Source: Heterodontus francisci
Lineage: Eukaryota
Reading direction: 5' to 3'
NCBI RefSeq assembly: GCF_036365525.1
Contig: NC_090378.1
Location: forward strand, 122,807,593 to 122,871,592
Length of the DNA: 64,000 nt
A program made the translations under genes and the position numbers. The first letter of the stretch is position 1. Every line of letters starts with the position of its first letter. Under the pieces are notes generated by a model. The model worked only from the letters and a program-made list of their open reading frames with translations, made no database searches and was not told the origin of the DNA. Positions 8,447-23,400 of the stretch are shown piece after piece.

Positions 8447-11400
8447 ACACACAGTCCCACCTCCTGTCCTGACACATCCCACAGTTATATATAATATATA
8501 ATAATGGACACACAGTCCCACCTCCTGCACTGACACATCCCACAGTTATATATAATATATAATAATGGACACACAGTCCCACCTCCTGTACTGACACGTC
8601 CCACAGTTATATATAATATATAATAATGGACTCACAGTCCCACCTCCTGTACTGACACATCCCACAGTTATATATAATATATAATAATAGACACACAGTC
8701 CCACCTCCAGCACTGACACGGCCCACAGTTATATATAATATATAATAATGGACACACAGTCCCACCTCCTGTACTGACACATCCCACAGTTATATATAAT
8801 ATATAATAATGGACACACAGTCCCACCTCCTGTACTGACGCATCCCACAGTTATATATAATATATAATAATGGACACACAGTCCCACCTCCTGTACTGAC
8901 ACGGCCCACAGTTATATATAATATATAATAATGGACACACAGTCCCACCTCCTGTACTGACACGGCCCACAGTTATATATAATATATAATAATGGACACA
9001 CAGTCCCACCTCCTGTACTGACACGGCCCACAGTTATATATAATATATAATAATGGACACACAGTCCCACCTCCTGTACTGACACGGCCCACAGTTATAT
9101 ATAATATATAATAATGGACACACAGTCCCACCTCCTGTACTGACACATCCCACAGTTATATATAATATATAATAATGGATACACAGTCCCACCTCCTGTA
9201 CTGACACGGCCCACAGTTATATACAATATATAATAATGGACACACAGTCCCACCTCCTGTACTGACACGGCCCACAGTTATATATAATATATAATAATGG
9301 ACACACAGTCCCACCTCCTGTACTGACACGGCCCACAGTTATATACAATATATAATAATGGACACACAGTCCCACCTCCTGTACTGACACGGCCCACAGT
9401 TATATATAATATATAATAATGGACACACAGTCCCACCTCCAGCACTGACACGGCCCACAGTTATATATAATATATAATAATGGATACACAGTCCCACCTC
9501 CTGTACTGACACGGCCCACAGTTATATATAATATATAATAATGAACACACAGTCCCACCTCCTGTACTGACGCATCCCACAGTTATATATAATATATAAT
9601 AATGGACACACAGTCCCAGCTCCTGTACTGACACGGCCCACAGTTATATATAATATATAATAATGGACACACAGTCCCAGCTCCTGTACTGACACGGCCC
9701 ACAGTTATATATAATATATAATAATGAACACACAGTCCCACCTCCTGTACTGACGCATCCCACAGTTATATATAATATATAATAATGGACACACAGTCCC
9801 AGCTCCTGTACTGACACGGCCCACAGTTATATATAATATATAATAATGGACACACAGTCCCACCTCCTGTACTGACACGGCCCACAGTTATATATAATAT
9901 ATAATAATGAACACACAGTCCCACCTCCTGTACTGACGCATCCCACAGTTATATATAATATATAATAATGGACACACAGTCCCAGCTCCTGTACTGACAC
10001 GGCCCACAGTTATATATAATATATAATAATGGACGCACAGTCCCACCTCCTATACTGACGCATCCCACAGTTATATATAATATATAATAATGGACACACA
10101 GTCCCAGCTCCTGTACTGACACATCCCACAGTTATATATAATATATAATAATGGACGCACAGTCCCACCTCCTATACTGACGCATCCCACAGTTATATAT
10201 AATATATAATAATGGACAGACAGTCCCACCTCCTGTACTGACACGGCCCACAGTTATATATAATATATAATAATGGACACACATTCCCACCTCCTGTACT
10301 GACACGGCCCACAGTTATATATAATATATAATAATGGACGCACAGTCCCACCTCCGAGACTGACGCATCCCACAGTGATATATAATATATAATAATGGAC
10401 ACACATTCCCACCTCCTGTACTGACACGGCCCACAGTTATATATAATATATAATAATGAACACACAGTCCCAACCCCTGCACTGACACGTCCCACAGTTA
10501 TATATAATATATAATAATGGATACACAGTCCCAACCCCTGCACTGACACGTCCCACAGTTATATATAATATATAATAATGAACACACAGTCCCAACCCCT
10601 GCACTGACACATCCCACAGTTATATATAATATATAATAATGGACACACAGTCCCACCTCCTGTACTGACACATCCCACAGTTATATATAATATATAATAA
10701 TGGATACACAGTCCCAAGCCCTGCACTGACACGTCCCACAGTTATATATAATATATCATAATGAACACACAGTCCCACCTCCTGTACTGACACATCCCAC
10801 AGTTATATATAATATATAATAATGGACACACAGTCCCACCTCCCGCACTGACACATCCCACAGTTATATATAATATATAATAATGGATACACAGTCCCAA
10901 CCCCTGCACTGACACGTCCCACAGTTATATATAATATATAATAATGGACACACAGTCCCACCTCCTGTACTGACACATCCCACAGTTATATATAATATAT
11001 AATAATGGATACACAGTCCCAACCCCTGCACTGACACGTCCCACAGTTATATATAATATATAATAATGGACACACAGTCCCACCTCCTGTACTGACACAT
11101 CCCACAGTTATATATAATATATAATAATGGATACACAGTCCCAACCCCTGCACTGACACGTCCCACAGTTATATATAATATATAATAATGGACACACAGT
11201 CCCAGCTCCTGTACTGACACGGCCCACAGTTATATATAATATATAATAATGAACACACAGTCCCACCTCCTGTACTGACACATCCCACAGTTATATATAA
11301 TATATAATAATGGATACACAGTCCCAACCCCTGCACTGACACGTCCCACAGTTATATCTAATATATAATAATGGATACACAGTCCCACCTCCTGTACTGA

Positions 11401-14400
11401 CACATCCCACAGTTATATATAATATATAATAATGGATACACAGTCCCAACCCCTGCACTGACACGTCCCACAGTTATATATAATATATAATAATGGACAC
11501 ACAGTCCCACCTCCTGTACTGACACATCCCACAGTTATATATAATACATAATAATGGATACACAGTCCCAACCCCTGCACTGACACGTCCCACAGTTATA
11601 TATAATATATAATAATGGACACACTGTCCCACCTCCTGTACTGACACATCCCACAGTTATATATAATATATAATAATGGATACACAGTCCCAAGCCCTGC
11701 ACTGACACGTCCCACAGTTATATATAATATATCATAATGAACACACAGTCCCACCTCCTGTACTGACACATCCCACAGTTATATATAATATATAATAATG
11801 GACACACAGTCCCACCTCCCGCACTGACACATCCCAAAGTTATATATAATATATAATAATGGACACACAGTCCCACCTCCTGTACTGACGCATCCCACAG
11901 TTATATATAATATATAATAATGGACACACAGTCCCACCTCCTGTACTGACGCATCCCACAGTTATATATAATATATAATAATGGACACACAGCCCCACCT
12001 CCTGTCCTGACAGATCCCACTGTTATCTAGAATATATAATAATGGGCTCACAGTCCCACGTCCTGTACTGACACATCCCACAGTTATATATAAGACATAA
12101 TATTGGACACACAGTCCCACCTCCTGTACTGACACATCCGACAGTTATCTAGAATATATAATAATGGACACACAGTCCCACCTCCCGCACTGACACATCC
12201 GACAGTTATATATAATATATAATAATGGACACACAGTCCCACCTCCTGCACTGACACATCCCACATTTATATATGATACATAATAATGGACACACAGTCC
12301 CACCTCCCGCACTGACACATCCCACAGTTATATATAATATATAATAATGGACGCACAGTCCCACCTCCTCGACTGACACGTTCCACAGTTATATATAATA
12401 TATAATAATGGACACACAGTCCCACCTCCTGTACTGACACATCCCACAGTTATATATAACATATAATAATGGACACACAGTCCCACCTCCCGCACTGACA
12501 CATCCCACAGTTATATATAATATATAATAATGGACACACAGTCCCACCTCCTCGACTGACACTTTCCACAGTTATATATAATATATAATAAGGGACGCAC
12601 AGTCCCACCTCCTCGACTGACACGTTCCACAGTTATATATAATATATAATAATGGAGACACAGTCCCACCTCCTTGATTTACACGTTCCACAGTTATATA
12701 TAATATATAGTAATGGACACACAGTCCCACCTCCCGCACTGACACATCCCACAGTTATATATAATATCTAATAATGGACGCACAGTCCCACCTCCTCGAC
12801 TGACACGTTCCACAGTTATATATAATATATAATAATGGACACACAGTCCCACCTCCTGCACTGACACATCCCACAGTTATATATAATATATAATAATGGA
12901 CGCACCGTGCCACCTCCTCGACTGACACGTTCCACAGTTATATATAATATATAATAATGGACAGACAGTCCCACCTCCCGCACTGACACATCCCACAGTT
13001 ACATATAATATATAATAATGGACGCACAGTCCCACCTCCTCGACTGACACGTTCCACAGTTATATATAATATATAATATTGGAAACACAGTCCCACCTCC
13101 CATTATGACACATCCGACAGTTATATATAATATATAATATTGGACACATAGCCCCACCTCCTGTCCTGACAGATCCCACTGTTATCTAGAATATATAATA
13201 ATGGGCTCACAGGCCCAAGTCCTGTACTGACACATCCCACAGTTATATATAATATATGTTCATGGACACACAGTCCCACCTCCCGCACTGACACATCCCA
13301 CAGTTATATATAAGACATAATATTGGACACACAGTCCCACCTCCTGTACTGACACATCCGACAGTTATCTAGAATATATAATAATGGACACACAGTCCCA
13401 CCTCCCGCACTGACACATCCGACAGTTATATATAATATATAATAATGGACACACAGTCCCACCTCCTGCACTGACACATCCCACAGTTATATATAATATA
13501 TAATAATGGACACACAGTCCCACCTCCTGTACTGACACATCCCACATTTATATATGATATATAATAATGGACACACAGTCCCACCTCCTGTACTGACACA
13601 TCCGACAGTTATCTAGAATATATAATAATGGACACACAGTCCCACCTCCCTCACTGAAACATCCGACAGTTATATATAATATATAATAATGGACACACAG
13701 TCCCACCTCCTGCACTGACACATCCCACAGTTATATATAATATATAATAGTGGACACACAGTCCCACCTCCTGGACTGACACATCCCACAGTTATATATA
13801 ATATATAATAATGGACACACAGTCCCACCTCCTGCACTGACACATCCCACAGTTATATATAATATATAATAGTGGACACACAGTCCCACCTCCTGTACTG
13901 ACACATCCCACATTTATATATGATATATAATAATGGACACACAGTCCCACCTCCCGCACTGACACATCCCACAGTTATATATAATATATAATATTGGACG
14001 CACAGTCCCACCTCCTCGACTGACACGTTCGACAGTTATATATAATATATAATAATGGACACACAGTCCCACCTCCTGTACTGACACATCCCACAGTTAT
14101 ATATAATATATAATAATGGACACACAGTCCCACCTCCCGCACTGACACATCCCACAGTTATATATAATATATAATAATGGACACACAGTCCCACCTCCTC
14201 GACTGACACTTTCCACAGTTATATATAATATATAATATTGGACGCACAGTCCCACCTCCTCGACTGACACGTTCGACAGTTATATATAATATATAATAAT
14301 GGACACACAGTCCCACCTCCTGTACTGACACATCCCACAGTTATATATAATATATAATAATGGACACACAGTCCCACCTCCCGCACTGACACATCCCACA

Positions 14401-17400
14401 GTTATATATAATATATAATAATGGACACACAGTCCCACCTCCTCGACTGACACTTTCCACAGTTATATATAATATATAATAATGGACGCATAGTCCCACC
14501 TCCCACACTGACACGTTCCACAGTTATATATAATATATAATAATGGACACACAGTCCCACCTCCCGCACTGACACATCCCACAGTTATATATAATATATA
14601 ATATTGGACACACAGTCCCACCTCCTGCACTGACACATCCCACAATTATATATTATATATAATAATGGACTCACAGTCCCACCTCCTCTACTGACACAAC
14701 CCACAGTTATACATAATATATAATATTGGACACACAGTCCCAACTCCTGCACTGACACATCCCACAGTTATACATAATATATAATATTGGATACACAGTC
14801 CCACCTCCCGCACTGACACATCCCACAATTATATATTATATATAATAATGGACTCACAGTCCCACCTCCTCTACTGACACAACCCACAGTTATAGATAAT
14901 ATATAATAATGGACACACAGTCCCACCTCCCGCACTGACACATCCCACAATTATATATTATATATAATAATGGACTCACAGTCCCACCTCCTCTACTGAC
15001 ACAACCCACAGTTATATATAATATATAATATTGGACACACAGTCCTACCTCCCGCACTGACACATCCCACAGTTATATATAATATATAATATTGGACACA
15101 CAGTCCCACCTCCTGCACTGACACATCCCACAATTATATATAATATATAATAATGGACTCACAGTCCCACCTCCTCTACTGACACAACCCACAGTTATAT
15201 ATAATATATAATAATGGATACACAGTCCCACCTCCCGCACTGACACATCCCACAGTTATATATAATAGATAATAATGGACACACAGTCCCACCTCCTCTA
15301 CTGACACAACCCACAGTTATATATAATAGATAATAATGGACACACAGTCCCACCTCCTGCACTGACACATCCCACATTTATATATTATATATAATAATGG
15401 ACACAAAATCCCACCTCCCGCTCTGACACATCCCACAGTTATATATAATATATAATAATCGACACACAGTCCCACCTCCCGCACTGACCCATCCCACAGT
15501 TATATATAATATATAATAATGGACACACAGTCCCACCTCCTGTCCTGACACATCCCTCAGTTATATATAATAAATAATAATGGACACACAGTCCCACCCC
15601 CTGTACTGACACATCCCACTGTTATCTAGAATATATAATAATGGGCTCACAGTCCCACGTCCTGTACTGACACATCCCACAGTTATATATAATATATGTT
15701 CATGGACACACAGTCCCACCTCCCGCACTGACACATCCCACAGTTATATATAATATATAATAATGGACACACAGTCCCACCTCCTGCACTGACACATCCC
15801 ACATTTATATATAATATATAATAATGGACACACAGTCCCACCTCCTGTACTGACACATCCCACAGTTATATTTAATATATAATAATGGACACACAGTCCC
15901 ACCTCCTGTACTGACACATCCCACAGTTATATCTAATATATAATAATGGACACACAGTCCCACCTCCTGGACTGACACGTCCCACAGTTATATATAAGAC
16001 ATAATATTGGACACACAGTCCCACCTCCTGTACTGACACATCCCACAGTTATATATAATATATAATAATGGACACACAGTCCCACCTCCCGCACTGACAC
16101 ATCCCACAGTTATATATAATATATAATAATGGACACACAGTCCCACCTCCTCGACTGACACTTTCCACAGTTATATATAATATATAATAATGGACGCATA
16201 GTCCCACCTCCCACACTGACACGTTCCACAGTTATATATAATATATAATAATGGACACACAGTCCCACCTCCCGCACTGACACATCCCACAGTTATATAT
16301 AATATATAATATTGGACACACAGTCCCACCTCCTGCACTGACACATCCCACAATTATATATTATATATAATAATGGACTCACAGTCCCACCTCCTCTACT
16401 GACACAACCCACAGTTATATATAATATATAATAATGGACACACAGTCCCACCTCCCGCACTGACACATCCCACAGTTATATATCATATATAATAATGGAC
16501 ACACAGTCCCACCTCCCGCACTGACACATCCCACAGTTATATATAATAGATAATAATGGACACACAGTCCCACCTCCTGCACTGACACATCCCACATTTA
16601 TATATTATATATAATAATGGACACAAAATCCCACCTCCCGCTCTGACACATCCCACAGTTATATATAATATATAATAATGGACACACAGTCCCACCTCCT
16701 GCACTGACACATCCCACATTTATATATAATATATAATAATGGACACACAGTCCCACCTCCTGTACTGACACATCCCACAGTTATATATAATATATAATAA
16801 TCGACACACAGTCCCACCTCCTGTCCTGACACATCCCTCAGTTATATATAATATATAATAATGGACACACAGTCCCACCTCCTGCACTGACACATCCCAC
16901 AGTTATATATAATATATAATAATGGACACACAGTCCCACCCCCTGTACTGACACATCCCACTGTTATCTAGAATATATAATAATGGGCTCACAGTCCCAC
17001 GTCCTGTACTGACACATCCCACAGTTATATATAATATATGTTCATGGACACACAGTCCCACCTCCCGCACTGACACATCCCACAGTTATATATAATATAT
17101 AATAATGGACACACAGTCCCACCTCCTGCACTGACACATCCCACATTTATATATAATATATAATAATGGACACACAGTCCCACCTCCTGTACTGACACAT
17201 CCCACAGTTATATTTAATATATAATAATGGACACACAGTCCCACCTCCTGTACTGACACATCCCACAGTTATATCTAATATATAATAATGGACACACAGT
17301 CCCACCTCCTGGACTGACACGTCCCACAGTTATATATAAGACATAATATTGGACACACAGTCCCACCTCCTGTACTGACACATCCCACAGTTATATATAA

Positions 17401-20400
17401 TATATAATAATGGACACACAGTCCCACCTCCCGCACTGACACATCCCACAGTTATATATAATATATAATAATGGACACACAGTCCCACCTCCTCGACTGA
17501 CACTTTCCACAGTTATATATAATATATAATAATGGACGCATAGTCCCACCTCCCACACTGACACGTTCCACAGTTATATATAATATATAATAATGGACAC
17601 ACAGTCCCACCTCCCGCACTGACACATCCCACAGTTATATATAATATATAATATTGGACACACAGTCCCACCTCCTGCACTGACACATCCCACAATTATA
17701 TATTATATATAATAATGGACTCACAGTCCCACCTCCTCTACTGACACAACCCACAGTTATATATAATATATAATAATGGACACACAGTCCCACCTCCCGC
17801 ACTGACACATCCCACAGTTATATATCATATATAATAATGGACACACAGTCCCACCTCCCGCACTGACACATCCCACAGTTATATATAATAGATAATAATG
17901 GACACACAGTCCCACCTCCTGCACTGACACATCCCACATTTATATATTATATATAATAATGGACACAAAATCCCACCTCCCGCTCTGACACATCCCACAG
18001 TTATATATAATATATAATAATGGACACACAGTCCCACCTCCTGCACTGACACATCCCACATTTATATATAATATATAATAATGGACACACAGTCCCACCT
18101 CCTGTACTGACACATCCCACAGTTATATATAATATATAATAATCGACACACAGTCCCACCTCCTGTCCTGACACATCCCTCAGTTATATATAATATATAA
18201 TAATGGACACACAGTCCCACCTCCTGCACTGACACATCCCACAGTTATATATAATATATAATAATGGACACACAGTCCCACCCCCTGTACTGACACATCC
18301 CACTGTTATCTAGAATATATAATAATGGGCTCACAGTCCCACGTCCTGTACTGACACATCCCACAGTTATATATAATATATGTTCATGGACACACAGTCC
18401 CACCTCCCGCACTGACACATCCCACAGTTATATATAATATATAATAATGGACACACAGTCCCACCTCCTGCACTGACACATCCCACATTTATATATAATA
18501 TATAATAATGGACACACAGTCCCACCTCCTGTACTGACACATCCCACAGTTATATCTAATATATAATAATGGACACACAGTCCCACCTCCTGGACTGACA
18601 CGTCCCACAGTTATATATAAGACATAATATTGGACACACAGTCCCACCTCCTGTACTGACACATCCGACAGTTATATATAATATATAATATTGGACACAC
18701 AGCCCCACCTCCTGTCCTGACAGATCCCACTGTTATCTAGAATATATAATAATGGGCTCACAGTCCCACGTCCTGTACTGACACATCCCACAGTTATATA
18801 TAATAAATGTTCATGGACACACAGTCCCACCTCCCGCACTGACACATCCCACAGTTATATATAAGACATAATATTGGACACACAGTCCCACCTCCTGTAC
18901 TGACACATCCGACAGTTATCTAGAATATATAATAATGGACACACAGTCCCACCTCCCGCACTGACACATCCGACAGTTATATATAATATATAATAATGGA
19001 CACACAGTCCCACCTCCTGCACTGACACATCCCACATTTATATATGATATATAATAATGGACACACAGTCCCACCTCCCGAACTGACACATCCCACAGTT
19101 ATATATAATATATAATAATGGACGCACAGTCCCACCTCCTCGACTGACACGTTCCACAGTTATATATAATATATAATAATGGACACACAGTCCCACCTCC
19201 TGTACTGACACATCCCACAGTTATATATAATATATAATAATGGACACACAGTCCCACCTCCCGCACTGACACATCCCACAGTTATATATAATATATAAGA
19301 ATGGACACACAGTCCCACCTCCTCGACTGACACTTTCCACAGTTATATATAATATATAATAATGGACGCACAGTCCCACCTCCTCGACTGACACGTTCCA
19401 CAGTTCGATATAATATATAATAATGGAGACACAGTCCCACCTCCTTGATTTACACTTTCCACAGTTATATATAATATATAGTAATGGACACACAGTCCCA
19501 CCTCCCGCACTGACACATCCCACAGTTATATATAATATCTAATAATGGACGCACAGTCCCACCTCCTCGACTGACACGTTCCACAGTTATACATAATATA
19601 TAATAATGGACACACAGTCCCACCTCCTGCACTGACACATCCCACAGTTATATATAATATATATTAATGGACGCACCGTGCCACCTCCTCGACTGACACG
19701 TTCCACAGTTATATATAATATATAATAATGGACAGACAGTCCCACCTCCCGCACTGACACATCCCACAGTTATATATAATATCTAATAATGGACGCACAG
19801 TCCCACCTCCTGTATTGACACGTTCCACAGTTATATATAATATATATTAATGGACGCACCGTGCCACCTCCTCGACTGACACGTTCCACAGTTATATATA
19901 ATATATAATAATGGACACACAGTCCCACCTCCTGCACTGACACATCCCACAGTTATATATAATATATATTAATGGACGCACCGTGCCACCTCCTCGACTG
20001 ACACGTTCCACAGTTATATATAATATATAATAATGGACAGACAGTCCCACCTCCCGCACTGACACATCCCACAGTTATATATAATATATAATAATGGACA
20101 CACAGTCCCACCTCCTGCACTGACACATCCCACAGTTATATATAATATATATTAATGGACGCACCGTGCCACCTCCTCGACTGACACGTTCCACAGTTAT
20201 ATATAATATATAATAATGGACAGACAGTCCCACCTCCCGCACTGACACATCCCACAGTTAGATATAATATATAATAATGGACACACAGTCCCACCTCCCG
20301 CACTGACACATCCCACAGTTATATATAATATATAATAATGGACACACAGTCCCACCTCCCGCACTGACACATCCCACAGTTATATATAATATATAATAAT

Positions 20401-23400
20401 GGACGCACAGTCCCACCTCCTCGACTGACATGTTCCACAGTTATATATAATATATAATAATGGAAACACAGTCCCACCTCCCGCACTGAAACATCCCACA
20501 GTTATATATAATATATAATAATGGACACACTGTCCCACCACCTGCACTGACACATCCCACAGTTATATATAATATATAATAATCGACACACAGTCCCACC
20601 TCCTGCACTGACACATCCCACAGTTATATATAATAATAATAATGGACACACAGTCCCACCTCCCGCACTGACACATCCCACAGTTATATATAGTATATAA
20701 TAATGGACACACAGTCCCACCTCCCGCACTGACACATCCCACAGTTATATATAATATATAATAATGGACACACAGTCCCACCACCTGTACTGACACATCC
20801 GACAGTTATATATAATATATAATAATGGACACACAGTCCCACCTCCCGCACTGACACATCCCACAGTTATATATAGTATATAATAATGGACACACAGTCC
20901 CACCTCCCGCACTGACACATCCCACAGTTATATATAGTATATAATAATGGACACACAGTCCCACCTCCCGCACTGACACATCCGACAATTATATATAATA
21001 TATAATAATGGACACACAGTCCCACCTCCTCGACTGACACTTTCCACAGTTATATATAATATATAATCAGGGACGCACAGTCCCACCTCCTCGACTGACA
21101 CGTTCCACAGTTATATATAATATATAATAATGGAGACACAGTCCCACCTCCTTGATTTACACGTTCCACAGTTATATATAATATATAGTAATGGACGCAC
21201 AGTCCCACCTCCTCGACTGACACGTTCCACAGTTATATATAATATATAATAATGGACACACAGTCCCACCTCCTGCACTGACACATCCCACAGTTATATA
21301 TAATATATAATAATGGACGCACCGTGCCACCTCCTCGACTGACACGTTCCACAGTTATATATAATATATAATAATGGACAGACAGTCCCACCTACCGCAC
21401 TGACACATCCCACAGTTATATATAATATATAATAATGGACGCACAGTACCACCTCCTCGACTGACACGTTCCACAGTTATATATAATATATAATAATGGA
21501 CACACAGTCCCACCTCCCGCACTGACACATCCCACAGTTATATATAATATATAATAATGGAAACACAGTCCCACCTCCCGCACTGAAACATCCCACAGTT
21601 ATATATAATATATAATAATGGACACACTGTCCCACCACCTGCACTGACACATCCCACAGTTATATATAATATATAATAATGGAAACACAGTCCCACCTCC
21701 CATTATGACACATCCCACAGTTATATATAATATATAATAATGGAAACACAGTCCCACCTCCCGCACTGAAACATCCCACAGTTATATATAATATATAATA
21801 ATGGACACACTGTCCCACCACCTGCACTGACACATCCCACAGTTATATATAATATATAATAATGGACACACAGTCCCACCTCCCGCACTGACACATCCCA
21901 CAGTTATATATAGTATATAATAATGGACACACAGTCCCACCTCCCGCACTGACACATCCCACAGTTATATATAATATCTAATAATGGACGCACAGTCCCA
22001 CCTCCTCGACTGACACGTTCCACAGTTATACATAATATATAATAATGGACACACAGTCCCACCTCCTGCACTGACACATCCCACAGTTATATATAATATA
22101 TATTAATGGACGCACCGTGCCACCTCCTCGACTGACACGTTCCACAGTTATATATAATATATAATAATGGACAGACAGTCCCACCTCCCGCACTGACACA
22201 TCCCACAGTTATATATAATATCTAATAATGGACGCACAGTCCCACCTCCTGTATTGACACGTTCCACAGTTATATATAATATATATTAATGGACGCACCG
22301 TGCCACCTCCTCGACTGACACGTTCCACAGTTATATATAATATATAATAATGGACACACAGTCCCACCTCCTGCACTGACACATCCCACAGTTATATATA
22401 ATATATATTAATGGACGCACCGTGCCACCTCCTCGACTGACACGTTCCACAGTTATATATAATATATAATAATGGACAGACAGTCCCACCTCCCGCACTG
22501 ACACATCCCACAGTTATATATAATATATAATAATGGTCACACAGTCCCACCTCCTGCACTGACACATCCCACAGTTATATATAATATATATTAATGGACG
22601 CACCGTGCCACCTCCTCGACTGACACGTTCCACAGTTATATATAATATATAATAATGGACAGACAGTCCCACCTCCCGCACTGACACATCCCACAGTTAT
22701 ATATAATATATAATAATGGACAGACAGTCCCACCTCCCGCACTGACACATCCCACAGTTAGATATAATATATAATAATGGACACACAGTCCCACCTCCCG
22801 CACTGACACATCCCACAGTTATATATAATATATAATAATGGACACACAGTCCCACCTCCCGCACTGACACATCCCACAGTTATATATAATATATAATAAT
22901 GGACGCACAGTCCCACCTCCTCGACTGACATGTTCCACAGTTATATATAATATATAATAATGGAAACACAGTCCCACCTCCCGCACTGAAACATCCCACA
23001 GTTATATATAATATATAATAATGGACACACTGTCCCACCACCTGCACTGACACATCCCACAGTTATATATAATATATAATAATCGACACACAGTCCCACC
23101 TCCTGCACTGACACATCCCACAGTTATATATAATAATAATAATGGACACACAGTCCCACCTCCCGCACTGACACATCCCACAGTTATATATAGTATATAA
23201 TAATGGACACACAGTCCCACCTCCCGCACTGACACATCCCACAGTTATATATAATATATAATAATGGACACACAGTCCCACCACCTGTACTGACACATCC
23301 GACAGTTATATATAATATATAATAATGGACACACAGTCCCACCTCCCGCACTGACACATCCCACAGCTATATATAGTATATAATAATGGACACACAGTCC

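Noticed and set aside
8450-8480. 12-RSS within the satellite unit (CACAGTC ... ACACATCCC)
   Set aside because: The spacing is 15 bp, outside 12+/-1. At 12 bp the sequence (CTGACACAT) does not resemble a nonamer.
7994-8494. 166-aa ORF as a single-exon gene
   Set aside because: It starts inside the leader intron and reads through the RSS into the satellite. The real structure is the leader 7877-7925 spliced to V 8112-8413.
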